Shown here piece after piece: positions 10,228 through 19,671 of a stretch of 64,000 nt of DNA (the stretch's first letter is position 1; every line of letters begins with the position of its first letter). The stretch is from assembly GCA_050950505.1 (NCBI GenBank), contig JBMNHS010000001.1, positions 1,056,001-1,120,000 on the forward strand. The letters are read 5' to 3'. Made by a program: the position numbers and the translations under genes. The notes below the pieces were generated by a model. It had not been told where the DNA came from. It was given only the letters and a program-made list of their open reading frames with translations, and searched no databases. The DNA is from Candidatus Methanomethylophilaceae archaeon. GTDB taxonomy: Archaea; Thermoplasmatota; Thermoplasmata; Methanomassiliicoccales; Methanomethylophilaceae.

Positions 10228-11529
10228 ATGGCATATTGGAACGAAGAACTGGAAACTAAGCCGAAAGAGGAACTTCAGAAAATGCAGTTGGAACTGCTGA
10301 GGGAGAACCTCCGGACGATGTATGACTCTTCCGAGCTCGTCCGCAAACGGATGGACTCCGTCGGTCTTCTGCCGGAAGACATAGACAGTTTCGAAACCTT
10401 CAGAAAAATGCCGTTCATGCACAAATCCGACCTGAGGGACAACTACCCCGACGGTCTGTTCGTGAAACCCTATCATGAACTCGTCAGAGTTCACGTCTCA
10501 TCCGGAACCACCGGGACCCCCACCGTTGTGGGGTACACCCAGAACGATTTGGACAATTGGGCCGAATCTCTGAACCGGGGAATGGTTTCTTTCGGAATGA
10601 ACAAAGACGACATGTTGCAGAATTTCCATGGATACGGGCTGTTCACCGGCGGATTGGGCGTTCATTACGCCGCCGAAAGGATGGGTGTCACGGTTTTGCC
10701 CATAGGCACCGGAAACACCGAAAGACAAATCAAAATGATGCAGGACCTTCCGATAACGGTGTTTGCGGGAACCCCGTCATACATGTTCCACATCGCCGAT
10801 GTGTGCGACCGCAAAGGCATCGACATCCGCAAGGACACCAAAGTCAGAAAAGCCATTGCCGGCGGCGAACCCTGGTCGGAAAGCATGAGGACCAAACTTC
10901 AGGAACGGACCGGCATCAGAGTCCACAACTGTTACGGCGCAAGCGAATTCTACGGTCCGATGTTTCTGGAATGCGAAAAACAATCGGGACTTCACATCTG
11001 GGCCGATTTGGCTTACATAGAGATACTTGACAAGGACGGCAATCCCTGTGCCGACGGCGAAAGGGGCGAAATCGTCATTACCATGCTAAAAAAAGAAGCG
11101 TTCCCGTTAATCCGTTACAAAATAGGGGACATATCCGCTCTCACCTGGGAGAAATGCGAGTGCGGACGCACTCACCCCCGGCTTATGAGAATATCCGGAC
11201 GCACCGACGACATGCTGATCGTCCGCGGAGTCAACGTGTTTCCTTCGCAGATTGAAGGCGTTCTCGGCGGATTCGATTTCCTGGCACCGTTTTACAACAT
11301 CGTCCTGACCAACGAGAATTTCATGGACGTCATGGTCGTCGAAGTCGAAATCTCCGAAGACTCCCTCACGGAAGACACCGTCAAACTGGACAAGATGACC
11401 AGAACCGTGGAGGCAAGCCTGAAGAACGAACTCAACGTCAAGGCGGAAGTGCGCATGGTGTTGCCCGGAACCTTAAAAAGATTCGAGGGCAAATCAAGCC
11501 ATGTCGAAGATTTGCGCAGATACGATTGA
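10228..11529 (+). CDS. paaK: Phenylacetate-CoA ligase, second paralog
   Basis: SSGTTGTP, GYGLFTGGLG, GRTDDMLIVRGVNVFPSQ. Confidence 0.92.
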   Translation: MAYWNEELETKPKEELQKMQLELLRENLRTMYDSSELVRKRMDSVGLLPEDIDSFETFRKMPFMHKSDLRDNYPDGLFVKPYHELVRVHVSSGTTGTPTVVGYTQNDLDNWAESLNRGMVSFGMNKDDMLQNFHGYGLFTGGLGVHYAAERMGVTVLPIGTGNTERQIKMMQDLPITVFAGTPSYMFHIADVCDRKGIDIRKDTKVRKAIAGGEPWSESMRTKLQERTGIRVHNCYGASEFYGPMFLECEKQSGLHIWADLAYIEILDKDGNPCADGERGEIVITMLKKEAFPLIRYKIGDISALTWEKCECGRTHPRLMRISGRTDDMLIVRGVNVFPSQIEGVLGGFDFLAPFYNIVLTNENFMDVMVVEVEISEDSLTEDTVKLDKMTRTVEASLKNELNVKAEVRMVLPGTLKRFEGKSSHVEDLRRYD

Positions 11530-11531
11530 AA

Positions 11532-12068
11532 TCATCCGGTGATTTGCTTGATGAAATCCTTCAGTTTTTCCTTGTACAGAGGGCGGTTTATTTCTTCCTT
11601 GTCGGCGAAGGGAACGGCGAAAGTGTTCAGGTAAGTCATGTGGAAGTATTCGCACATGTCCATCATCGCCGTGACCGCATAGGACGCAACGAACTCGTCG
11701 TCTCCCATGGTGGTCACCAACGCGACCTTCTTTCCGCTCAGTGAATCATACATGCAGTGAAGGCGCTCAAGGAACGCTTTTGTGCAGGCCGTGAACTGCC
11801 ACATGTAAATCGGACTTGCGAGAATAATGAGGTCGGTATCTCTGACGATGGGGTAGATGTCGTCCATGTCGTCATCCACCGCGCATTGGCCTTCGTTGCC
11901 TTCCTTTTCACAGACACCGCAGTTGTTGCAACCGAGAATATCTTTGTCGAACAGTCTTACGACGTCAATGTCGTATCCCGCTTCTTCGAGTCCCGGCACC
12001 AGATTTTTGATTACTTCGGATGTGTATCCGTCCACTCTGGGAGTTCCGCTGAATATTGTGATCTTCAT
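11532..12068 (-). CDS. Iron-sulfur flavoprotein (flavodoxin family)
   Basis: GTPRxxGYT, CNNCGVC..C, ASPIY. Confidence 0.88.
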   Translation of the reverse strand: MKITIFSGTPRVDGYTSEVIKNLVPGLEEAGYDIDVVRLFDKDILGCNNCGVCEKEGNEGQCAVDDDMDDIYPIVRDTDLIILASPIYMWQFTACTKAFLERLHCMYDSLSGKKVALVTTMGDDEFVASYAVTAMMDMCEYFHMTYLNTFAVPFADKEEINRPLYKEKLKDFIKQITG

Positions 12069-12117
12069 TTGATCTCCGATACAGTCTATGAGTCAACCCG
12101 ATTTTAACCGTTTTGCA

Positions 12118-12780
12118 TCAGTTGGCGCAGAGTACCTGCCCCTTTCTGGAGATGATGTATGTGGTGAGAGGAACGTCCTTTCCGCTTTTTTCAATGGCTT
12201 TGTTGACGGCGTTGTACATTCCCGAACAGCAGGGAACATCCATTCTTACCAACGTGATGGTTTTGATATCGTTGTTCTTGAGGATTTCCGATAATTTTTC
12301 ACTGTAATCGACGGGATCCAGTTTTGGACATCCTATCAACGTTATCTTTCCCTTGATGAACCTGTCGTGGAAGTTCTTTATGGAATATGCAGTGCAGTCG
12401 GCGGCAATCAGCAGATCGCTTCCGTCGAACCAGGGCGCTTTGACGGGAACCAGATTTATCTGAACCGGCCATTGGGAAAGCTCGCTGTCTTTGGGACCGT
12501 CATCGTCAAAAGGAATCATGGTCGGAACGGTGTTGCAGTCACAGGCGACGTTCTGTTCCAAAAAGGGATTCACAAAAGCCGGGGCTTCCCGGTATTCCAG
12601 TTTGATGGCATCCCGGGGGCAGGCGGGCAGACAATCCCCAAGTCCGTCGCAGTGATTTTCTTTTACGAGTTTGGCTTTTCCGTCGACAAGGGCCAATGCT
12701 CCTTCGGAACAAGCGTCAATACAAAGTCCGCAGCCGTCGCATTTTTCCTCATCGATTTTAATCATCTGCCTCTTCTTCAT
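12118..12780 (-). CDS. 4Fe-4S ferredoxin domain protein
   Basis: CDGCGLCIDAC, CDGLGDCLPACP, QWPVQ, AADC, GCPKLD, VPCC. Confidence 0.9.
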   Translation of the reverse strand: MKKRQMIKIDEEKCDGCGLCIDACSEGALALVDGKAKLVKENHCDGLGDCLPACPRDAIKLEYREAPAFVNPFLEQNVACDCNTVPTMIPFDDDGPKDSELSQWPVQINLVPVKAPWFDGSDLLIAADCTAYSIKNFHDRFIKGKITLIGCPKLDPVDYSEKLSEILKNNDIKTITLVRMDVPCCSGMYNAVNKAIEKSGKDVPLTTYIISRKGQVLCAN

Positions 12781-12841
12781 GAAATCGGAATATCCTTGGA
12801 CAGTATAGATATATTGAGTATGCGGAAGGAAACCGTGAAAG

Positions 12842-12928
12842 TGGTGCGGGGGATGGGATTTGAACCCACGAACCACTAAGGACAGGATCCTAAGTCCTGC
12901 GCCGTTGGCCGGGCTTGGCAACCCCCGC
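12842..12928 (-). tRNA. tRNA-Leu (anticodon TAG)
   Basis: GCGGGGG acceptor, CAGGA-CTTAGGA-TCCTG anticodon arm, long variable arm, GGTTCAAATCC, encoded CCA. Confidence 0.95.
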
Positions 12929-13021
12929 TTGCTTTCATCGTATATCCGCCGTATTCTTATTATTTGTCTTTACCACCTTTTTTATAAAGAATTTCTATAC
13001 CTTGTCTCATAGAGGCTGAAT

Positions 13022-14839
13022 ATGACAGACATCTTGGCTAAAGACGGAAAACACCTGCTTCTGGGGAACGAAGCCATCACCAGAGGTTTGTTCGAAGCAG
13101 GGGTAAGATACTCGTCCACATACCCCGGGACTCCTTCTTCGGAAGTCGGAAACATACTTGAGACGGAAGCCGAAAAAGGAGGAATGTATTTTGAATTCTC
13201 AACAAACGAAAAAACCGCATTGGAAGTCGCCGCCGCGGCGGCGGCTTCAGGTTTGAGATCTTTCACTTTCATGAAACATGTGGGTCTCAACGTTGCCGCC
13301 GATCCCATGATGACTCTGGCCTATTCCGGCGTTGAGGGCGGTATGCTCATAATGACCGCCGACGACCCGTCCTGTCACAGTTCACAGAACGAACAGGACA
13401 ACCGTATGTATGCCATGTTGTCTCTTTTACCAATGGTGGAGCCTTCGACCCCCGCCGAAGCCAAAGACATGATCGCCGAGGCTTACAAAATATCTGAAGC
13501 CGTCAATCTCCCTGTCATATACCGTACCACCACCCGCGTAAATCACGCAAGGGGGCCGGTGGAATTCGGACCGATGGCCGACACACCCGTGAAAGGGCAT
13601 TTCGTCAAAGACGACCCCAAATACGTCAATATCCCCGCGTTCTCAAAACCTAACCGCACAAGGCTGTTGGAGAAGCAGAAGAAAGCCATGGAACTTTCCG
13701 AGAATTCGCCTTTGAATTTCACGGAAGGCGAGGGTGAAGTGGGAATCATCACATCGGGAGTTTCATACACCTATGTCAAAGAGTTTGTCGGTGACGCAGC
13801 CATACTCAAACTGGGATTCACCGCGCCTTTGCCGGAAAAGAAAATCGCAGACTTCGTCAGAGGAAAAAAAGCCGTCATAATCGTCGAAGAACTGGAACCC
13901 TACCTTGAGGACAACGTTCTCAGAATTTCAGCCCAGGAATCTCTCAGCGTTCCCATATACGGAAAACGCAGCGGACATTTCCCACGGGAGTGGGAATATT
14001 CGCCGGACACGCTTACCGCGGTTTCCGACATCGTCAAAGTTCAAAAATTCGAAAAACCTCTTTCAAAACCCGACATCCTTCTGCCCGGAAGACCTCCGAC
14101 GCTGTGTGCCGGATGTCCCCACCGCGGCACCTTCGCGGCCGTGACAAGGGAAATGAAAGGCAAAGAGGCAGTTTACTGTTCGGACATAGGTTGTTACACC
14201 CTTGGAATTCAGGCACCCTTCCATGCGGCGGATTTCATAATCTGCATGGGCGGAGGGGCGGGAGCGGCGGGAGGGTTCGCCGAAGCCACGGACCAGATTC
14301 CGATTGCGTTCATCGGGGATTCGACATTCTTCCACTCCGGCGTTCAGCCTTTGGTTTCCGCTTTGTTCAACAATCATAAAATCAAAATGATCATAATGGA
14401 CAACCGCAGCACTGCGATGACCGGACATCAGCCCAATCCCGGTACGGGGAGGAATTTCGGCGGAATCACCACCGAACCTCTGGATATAGAATCTCTTGTA
14501 AAGGGAATCGGCGTGAAACATGTCAGTACCGTCGACCCTTACGATGTCAAGGCCATGCGCAAAGCCGTGCGCGAAGCCATCGATTTCGACGGTGTCGCGG
14601 TCGTTGTCGCAAAACAGGCATGTCCCCTCGAACTGAAGAAGCAGAAAATACTCAAAGTAAAGAGATGCGAAGTCGATCATGAAAAATGCATCAGATGTTA
14701 CACATGTCTGAAGACCATAGCGTGTCCTGCACTGATCAAAGACAAGGACGGATCCATTCTGGTTGACGATGTTCAATGCATAGGCTGCGGCATGTGTGCC
14801 AATGTTTGTCCAAAAGACGCATTGGAGGTGAAGGAATGA
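13022..14839 (+). CDS. iorA: Indolepyruvate:ferredoxin oxidoreductase alpha
   Basis: LGNEAI, YPGTPSSE, KHVGLNVA, CAGCPH, DIGCY, GDSTFFHSG, C-terminal 2x4Fe-4S. Confidence 0.95.
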   Translation: MTDILAKDGKHLLLGNEAITRGLFEAGVRYSSTYPGTPSSEVGNILETEAEKGGMYFEFSTNEKTALEVAAAAAASGLRSFTFMKHVGLNVAADPMMTLAYSGVEGGMLIMTADDPSCHSSQNEQDNRMYAMLSLLPMVEPSTPAEAKDMIAEAYKISEAVNLPVIYRTTTRVNHARGPVEFGPMADTPVKGHFVKDDPKYVNIPAFSKPNRTRLLEKQKKAMELSENSPLNFTEGEGEVGIITSGVSYTYVKEFVGDAAILKLGFTAPLPEKKIADFVRGKKAVIIVEELEPYLEDNVLRISAQESLSVPIYGKRSGHFPREWEYSPDTLTAVSDIVKVQKFEKPLSKPDILLPGRPPTLCAGCPHRGTFAAVTREMKGKEAVYCSDIGCYTLGIQAPFHAADFIICMGGGAGAAGGFAEATDQIPIAFIGDSTFFHSGVQPLVSALFNNHKIKMIIMDNRSTAMTGHQPNPGTGRNFGGITTEPLDIESLVKGIGVKHVSTVDPYDVKAMRKAVREAIDFDGVAVVVAKQACPLELKKQKILKVKRCEVDHEKCIRCYTCLKTIACPALIKDKDGSILVDDVQCIGCGMCANVCPKDALEVKE

Positions 14840-15435
14840 AGTATACCGTTCAGATAGTCGGTGTCGGGGGACAGGGAGTTCTCCTGGCTTCCATGGTCAT
14901 CGGAAACGCCGCCATGAAAGCCGGACACGATGTGGCCATGAGTGAAGTTCACGGCATGGCCCAGAGGGGGGGAAGCGTATTGTCCACGGTGAGATTCGGC
15001 GACGGCATAACCAGTCCTTTGGAAGCCGTCGGAGGTGCCAATCTCTTAATCGGATTCGAACCTGCCGAAACTGCCAGAAACCTTTCCCTTTGCAATAAAG
15101 ACACAGCGGTTCTCATGAATCTGGATCCGATTCTTCCCTCATCGGTCGCGGCAGGATTCGATACATATCCCGAAGTGGACGACATTGTGAAAGCCGTGAA
15201 AGCTTCGGTTCCCAGATTGATGACCATAGGCGCTACGGATCTTGCAACCGAAGCCGGACGCGCCGTCGTCGCAAATGCGGTGATGATAGGTGCCGTTGCC
15301 GCCGCCGAAGGATTCCCGCTCGACAAGGACTTGCTGTTGGAAACCCTGTTGGAAACTGTTCCTGAAAAATTCGTGGACCTGAACCGGAAAGCTTTCGAGC
15401 TGGGATATGAGTATTACGTATCCAACAGAGTCTGA
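14836..15435 (+). CDS. iorB: Indolepyruvate:ferredoxin oxidoreductase beta
   Basis: GVGGQG, SEVHGMAQRGGSV, NRKAFELG. Confidence 0.95.
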   Translation: MKYTVQIVGVGGQGVLLASMVIGNAAMKAGHDVAMSEVHGMAQRGGSVLSTVRFGDGITSPLEAVGGANLLIGFEPAETARNLSLCNKDTAVLMNLDPILPSSVAAGFDTYPEVDDIVKAVKASVPRLMTIGATDLATEAGRAVVANAVMIGAVAAAEGFPLDKDLLLETLLETVPEKFVDLNRKAFELGYEYYVSNRV

Positions 15436-15448
15436 ACAAAAACCATTG

Positions 15449-15479
15449 GGCCCGGGAAACCGGGCCATGTTTTATTTTT
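15449..15479 (+). terminator. Hairpin plus T-run after iorB
   Basis: GGCCCGG-GAAA-CCGGGCC then TTTTATTTTT. Confidence 0.7.
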
Positions 15480-15508
15480 CGAACCGTATCGAATAAAAAT
15501 TAAAAGTT

Positions 15509-15619
15509 GCAATGATACCGGCGGCACTTCGCACCGGCATCACTGCGCGTGCATCCCATAAACAAGAGGTTTGGAGGCGCGGGCCGGTATACGAGTCCCA
15601 TCCTTTGACCGGCCCGCAC
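15509..15619 (-). other. Two-hairpin structured 3' element downstream of RHH gene
   Basis: 12-bp and 15-bp stems whose mismatches are all G-U on the minus strand; U-rich tail. Confidence 0.6.
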
Positions 15620-15630
15620 ATATCGGTTCT

Positions 15631-15996
15631 TCATTTCAATTTCGAAGCCATCTGTGCCAAATCGAAAGCATTCTCGACGGTCTTTTTCATACCGGATTCG
15701 GGAATGATTTTTTCCAACACAGTGTTTCTCACGAATTCCTCCTCCGTAAGGCAAATCCCTTCATCCTTAAGAGTGGAAAGCATGATCATCTGCAACTCCG
15801 AAAAGCGGACGAAGATTCCGCTTTCATCCTCACGTGCGTCTTTGGCACCGGGTGCATCTCCGGAAACGAACGCTCGGATTGCGGCACGGATGAGATTGGA
15901 TCGATTTCCGATATCCGGGTTCTCTTCTACGAAGTCTTCCATAATCTGGACTTCTTCGGGTCCCATCCTGAGAGTTACCTTGATATCATCCGTCAT
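15631..15996 (-). CDS. Tandem ribbon-helix-helix (CopG-like) DNA-binding protein
   Basis: KVTLRM..RSNLIRAAIRAFV and IFVRF..EEFVRNTV. Confidence 0.75.
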   Translation of the reverse strand: MTDDIKVTLRMGPEEVQIMEDFVEENPDIGNRSNLIRAAIRAFVSGDAPGAKDAREDESGIFVRFSELQMIMLSTLKDEGICLTEEEFVRNTVLEKIIPESGMKKTVENAFDLAQMASKLK

Positions 15997-16219
15997 TCAC
16001 TCACCGTGCCACAGAGCTTGTAGAGTCCCATCCCTTCAGGCTCTGGATATACCATGTAAGACGGAGTATTTAAAAGTGTCGGGCATTGTCCTACTTTGTC
16101 CGACGGATTTGTATAAGAAATATCATACGGCTGCGCTTTTCATACGTACGCACATGATAGAGGTATAGAATAGTATATAATCGGTGTGGACTTCTTCACG
16201 AAATCATCGGGTAATGTAA

Positions 16220-19090
16220 ATGGAACTTGACCACACTAGCATAGAAGAGAAGTGGCAGGAAGAATGGTCGGAGACGGGAATCAGCATAGCTTCCCGTGAC
16301 GACAGGCCCAAATTTATGATAATTTTCGCCTATCCCGGAGTTACGGGATATCTTCATGTCGGACACCTTCGCGGTTATACGTATACCGACGCAATCGCTC
16401 GATACAAGAGAATGTTGGGATACAACGTCATGTTCCCCGTGGGCACTCATGCCACGGGAAACGGTGCAATCAGTCTCGCGAATCGCATCAAGAGGGAAGA
16501 TCCGGACATAATCGAATACATGAAAAGTAACGGTTGCACCGATGAAATTCTCAAAACTCTGACCGAACCCATGGCCGTCGTGAATTATTTCAATGATATT
16601 TACGTCAATGATTATTGGAAGAGATTCGGATTCCTGGCCGATTGGAGGAGATTCACCTGCACACTCAATCCCGATTACGGCAAGTTCATCGAGTGGCAGT
16701 TCAGAAAACTCATGGATGCCGGTCTTCTGATTCAGAAACCTTATTTCGCTCCCTTCTGTCCGAACTGCGGCCCGGTGGCAATCGATGCTTCCGAAACCGA
16801 TATTTCCAAGGGAGGCAGCGCCGAAGTTCAAGAATACGTTTTGATGAAATTCGAATTCGGAGAGATGAAACTGATTGCCGCCACCCTCAGACCCGAAACG
16901 GTGTACGGTCAGGTCTGTTTCTGGGTCAATCCCGATACCGATTATGTGAAAATAGAATACGGTGAAGAAGTCTGGATTGTTTCAAAACCTGCCGCCGACA
17001 AGCTGAGAATGCAGTATGACGGCATCGAAGATTTCGGAACCGTCAGAGGAAGGGATCTTGTGGGTTGGACCTGCAAAGCCCCCATGGTGGGAAGAATCAT
17101 CCCCATATTGCCCGCAACATTTGTGGATCCGGAAGTGGGAACCGGTATGGTAACCTCGGTACCCTCGGATTCTCCTGACGATTACATCAATCTGAAATAC
17201 ATCAAAGATCACCCCGAAGAATACAAAAAATACGGAATCGAAGAAGAGTTGATAGCTTCGATAGAACCGATTTCCATAATAGATATCGAAGGATACAGCG
17301 AATTCTCTGCCAAAGACGTGATTGAGGAAATGGGAATCACAGGTCCCGACGATCCAAAACTGGAAGAAGCCAAGAAGAAAATCTACAGAGACGGTTTCCA
17401 CTCCGGTGTGATGAACGCATCCAGCGGATCTTATGCAGGAATGCGGGTCGAAGAAGCCAAAGAAAAGATGAGGGACGCCATGTTGGAATCCGGTGAAGCG
17501 GTGCTTCTCCACGATCTGTCCGAAGAGGTCGTCTGCAGATGCGGCGAGAACGTCCGCGTGAAAAGAATCGACGATCAATGGTTCATAGATTACAGCGGCG
17601 AGGAACTCACGAAGAAAACCTCCGATCACTGCAGGGAAATGAGCATTTATCCCCCGGAATACCAAACCAACATTCACGGAACCCTCGACTGGTTCCGGGA
17701 ACGTGCCTGCGTCAGACAGGGCAACTGGTTGGGGACAAGGTTTCCCTTCGATGATAAATGGATCATCGAAGCCATATCGGATTCCACTCTGTATCCGATA
17801 TATTACGTAATATCTCTTTACGCCAACACCGGCAACATAAAACCGGAAGGAATGAACGAATCTTTCTTCGATTACGTCATACTCGGAAAAGGCGATGAAA
17901 ACGAAGTCGCCGAGGAATCGGGCATCACTCCCGCAGTTCTCAACAACATCCGCGAGGATGTGAAATACTGGTATCCGCTGGATGTGAATCTGGGCGGAAA
18001 AGAGCACATGACCGTGCACTTCCCAGCTTTCCTGTTCAATCATATGGCGATACTTCCCGAGAAGATGCAGCCGAAGGGAATCGTTGTCAATTGGTACATC
18101 ACCGGCAAACAGTCGAAGATATCCAAGTCAAAGGGAGGCGCCCAACCCATACCCGGAGCCGTGAAAACCTACGGGGTGGATGCCATGCGTCTGTATTATT
18201 CCCATGTGGCTTCCATGTTCATAGACGTGGAATGGAACGAGGAGATTCTGTTTTCGTACAAACAGAGGGTGGACAGAATCTTTGCTTTCGCCAATGATCT
18301 CATAGAAACCTCCGGCCCCAAGAAAGGCATCGATAAATGGCTGCGCTCCAGATTCCAGACCCATGTGTCCAATATACGGGACATCATGAAACGTTATGAT
18401 CTCAGACAGATGGCCACTTCCGTTTATTACGAAATGTACAATGACCTTAGGTGGTATCTCAGACGGGGCGGTGCCGACAACGAAACTCTGATGGACGTGT
18501 TGAAGATATGGGTTCAGAGCATGATGCCCATAACCCCCCACATGGCCGAAGAGCTTTGGAGTCTGGCGGGCTTCGAAGGAATGGTGTCCGAATCCCTTTA
18601 TCCCGAGCCAAGGGAAAGATACCCCATGGCGGAATACGGCGAGGATCTCATACGTTCCACGATATCCGACGTGTCTCAAATCAGAAAGGTCGCCGAAATC
18701 GAACCGTCAAAAATCTGCATATACACATCGCCTTCCTGGAAGAAGGATGTATACCGCATCGCCGCGGATATTCTTGATTCCGGCGAAGAACTGACGATTC
18801 CCATACTTACCAAGGAAGTCATGTCCGATCCGGAAATCAGGGCCAACGGCAAAGCCGCTTCCGAACTTTCGAAGAAAGTCGCCGTGGAACTTATCCGGGA
18901 GGATCCGTCAAGGATACGCAGGTATGCGGATACGGACGAATTCGGAATCATCAAAGAAGCCGCGGAATTCCTCGGGGAAGAATTGGGTTCCGCCGTATTG
19001 GTGTATGATGCCGACGACAAGGGAAAATACGACCCCAAGAACAGATCTTCCGTGGCGGTTCCCGGAAGGCCCGCGATATATCTTGAATGA
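16220..19090 (+). CDS. leuS: Leucine-tRNA ligase (archaeal type)
   Basis: LHVGH, ATLRPET, GTGMVTSVPSDSP, KISKSKG, PGRPAIYLE. Confidence 0.97.
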   Translation: MELDHTSIEEKWQEEWSETGISIASRDDRPKFMIIFAYPGVTGYLHVGHLRGYTYTDAIARYKRMLGYNVMFPVGTHATGNGAISLANRIKREDPDIIEYMKSNGCTDEILKTLTEPMAVVNYFNDIYVNDYWKRFGFLADWRRFTCTLNPDYGKFIEWQFRKLMDAGLLIQKPYFAPFCPNCGPVAIDASETDISKGGSAEVQEYVLMKFEFGEMKLIAATLRPETVYGQVCFWVNPDTDYVKIEYGEEVWIVSKPAADKLRMQYDGIEDFGTVRGRDLVGWTCKAPMVGRIIPILPATFVDPEVGTGMVTSVPSDSPDDYINLKYIKDHPEEYKKYGIEEELIASIEPISIIDIEGYSEFSAKDVIEEMGITGPDDPKLEEAKKKIYRDGFHSGVMNASSGSYAGMRVEEAKEKMRDAMLESGEAVLLHDLSEEVVCRCGENVRVKRIDDQWFIDYSGEELTKKTSDHCREMSIYPPEYQTNIHGTLDWFRERACVRQGNWLGTRFPFDDKWIIEAISDSTLYPIYYVISLYANTGNIKPEGMNESFFDYVILGKGDENEVAEESGITPAVLNNIREDVKYWYPLDVNLGGKEHMTVHFPAFLFNHMAILPEKMQPKGIVVNWYITGKQSKISKSKGGAQPIPGAVKTYGVDAMRLYYSHVASMFIDVEWNEEILFSYKQRVDRIFAFANDLIETSGPKKGIDKWLRSRFQTHVSNIRDIMKRYDLRQMATSVYYEMYNDLRWYLRRGGADNETLMDVLKIWVQSMMPITPHMAEELWSLAGFEGMVSESLYPEPRERYPMAEYGEDLIRSTISDVSQIRKVAEIEPSKICIYTSPSWKKDVYRIAADILDSGEELTIPILTKEVMSDPEIRANGKAASELSKKVAVELIREDPSRIRRYADTDEFGIIKEAAEFLGEELGSAVLVYDADDKGKYDPKNRSSVAVPGRPAIYLE

Positions 19091-19633
19091 TCATTCCCAT
19101 CTGTTGAAAATATCATTGGGAACGTTTGCGGCGTCCAGAGCCTTGCCCACGACGAAGTCCACCATATCGTCCGTGGTCTTGGGTTTTCCGTAAAATCCGG
19201 GGTTCGCGTCAAGTATGACCGCACCCGCACGGGCGAGTTTCAACTCGTTCTCCAGCATAATTTGGCTTTTCGGAGTTTCCCGAATGACCAAAACCAACTT
19301 TCTGCCTTCTTTGAGACAGACGCTTGCCGCTCTGGATATCAACGTATCCGCAATCCCGTTGGCGATTTTTCCGACGGAAGATTCGCTGCAGGGAGCTACG
19401 AACATGCAGTCGTACCGGTAACTGCCGGAAGAGATGGATGCAAACAAATCGTCGTCTTCGTAAACTTTATCCGCCATGGCGTAAACTTCCTCGACGGAGA
19501 ATCCCGTTTCAATCGGAATTATCTCTTTGGCGGTCTTGGAGACAACCAGAATTTTCTTTCCCGGAAGATTCTGCAACAGACGCACTCCGTAAACACTTCC
19601 GGATGCGCCGGTAATCGCTACGGCAAATTTCAT
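19091..19633 (-). CDS. ubiX: Flavin prenyltransferase
   Basis: ITGASG, SSGS, APCS, RETP, PGFY. Confidence 0.93.
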   Translation of the reverse strand: MKFAVAITGASGSVYGVRLLQNLPGKKILVVSKTAKEIIPIETGFSVEEVYAMADKVYEDDDLFASISSGSYRYDCMFVAPCSESSVGKIANGIADTLISRAASVCLKEGRKLVLVIRETPKSQIMLENELKLARAGAVILDANPGFYGKPKTTDDMVDFVVGKALDAANVPNDIFNRWE

Positions 19634-19671
19634 GTGACCTCTATTGAGGATTCAATAATAATAACTGACGG

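Noticed and set aside
12842-12928. Amber suppressor tRNA
   Set aside because: Anticodon TAG reads CUA (Leu); a suppressor needs CTA
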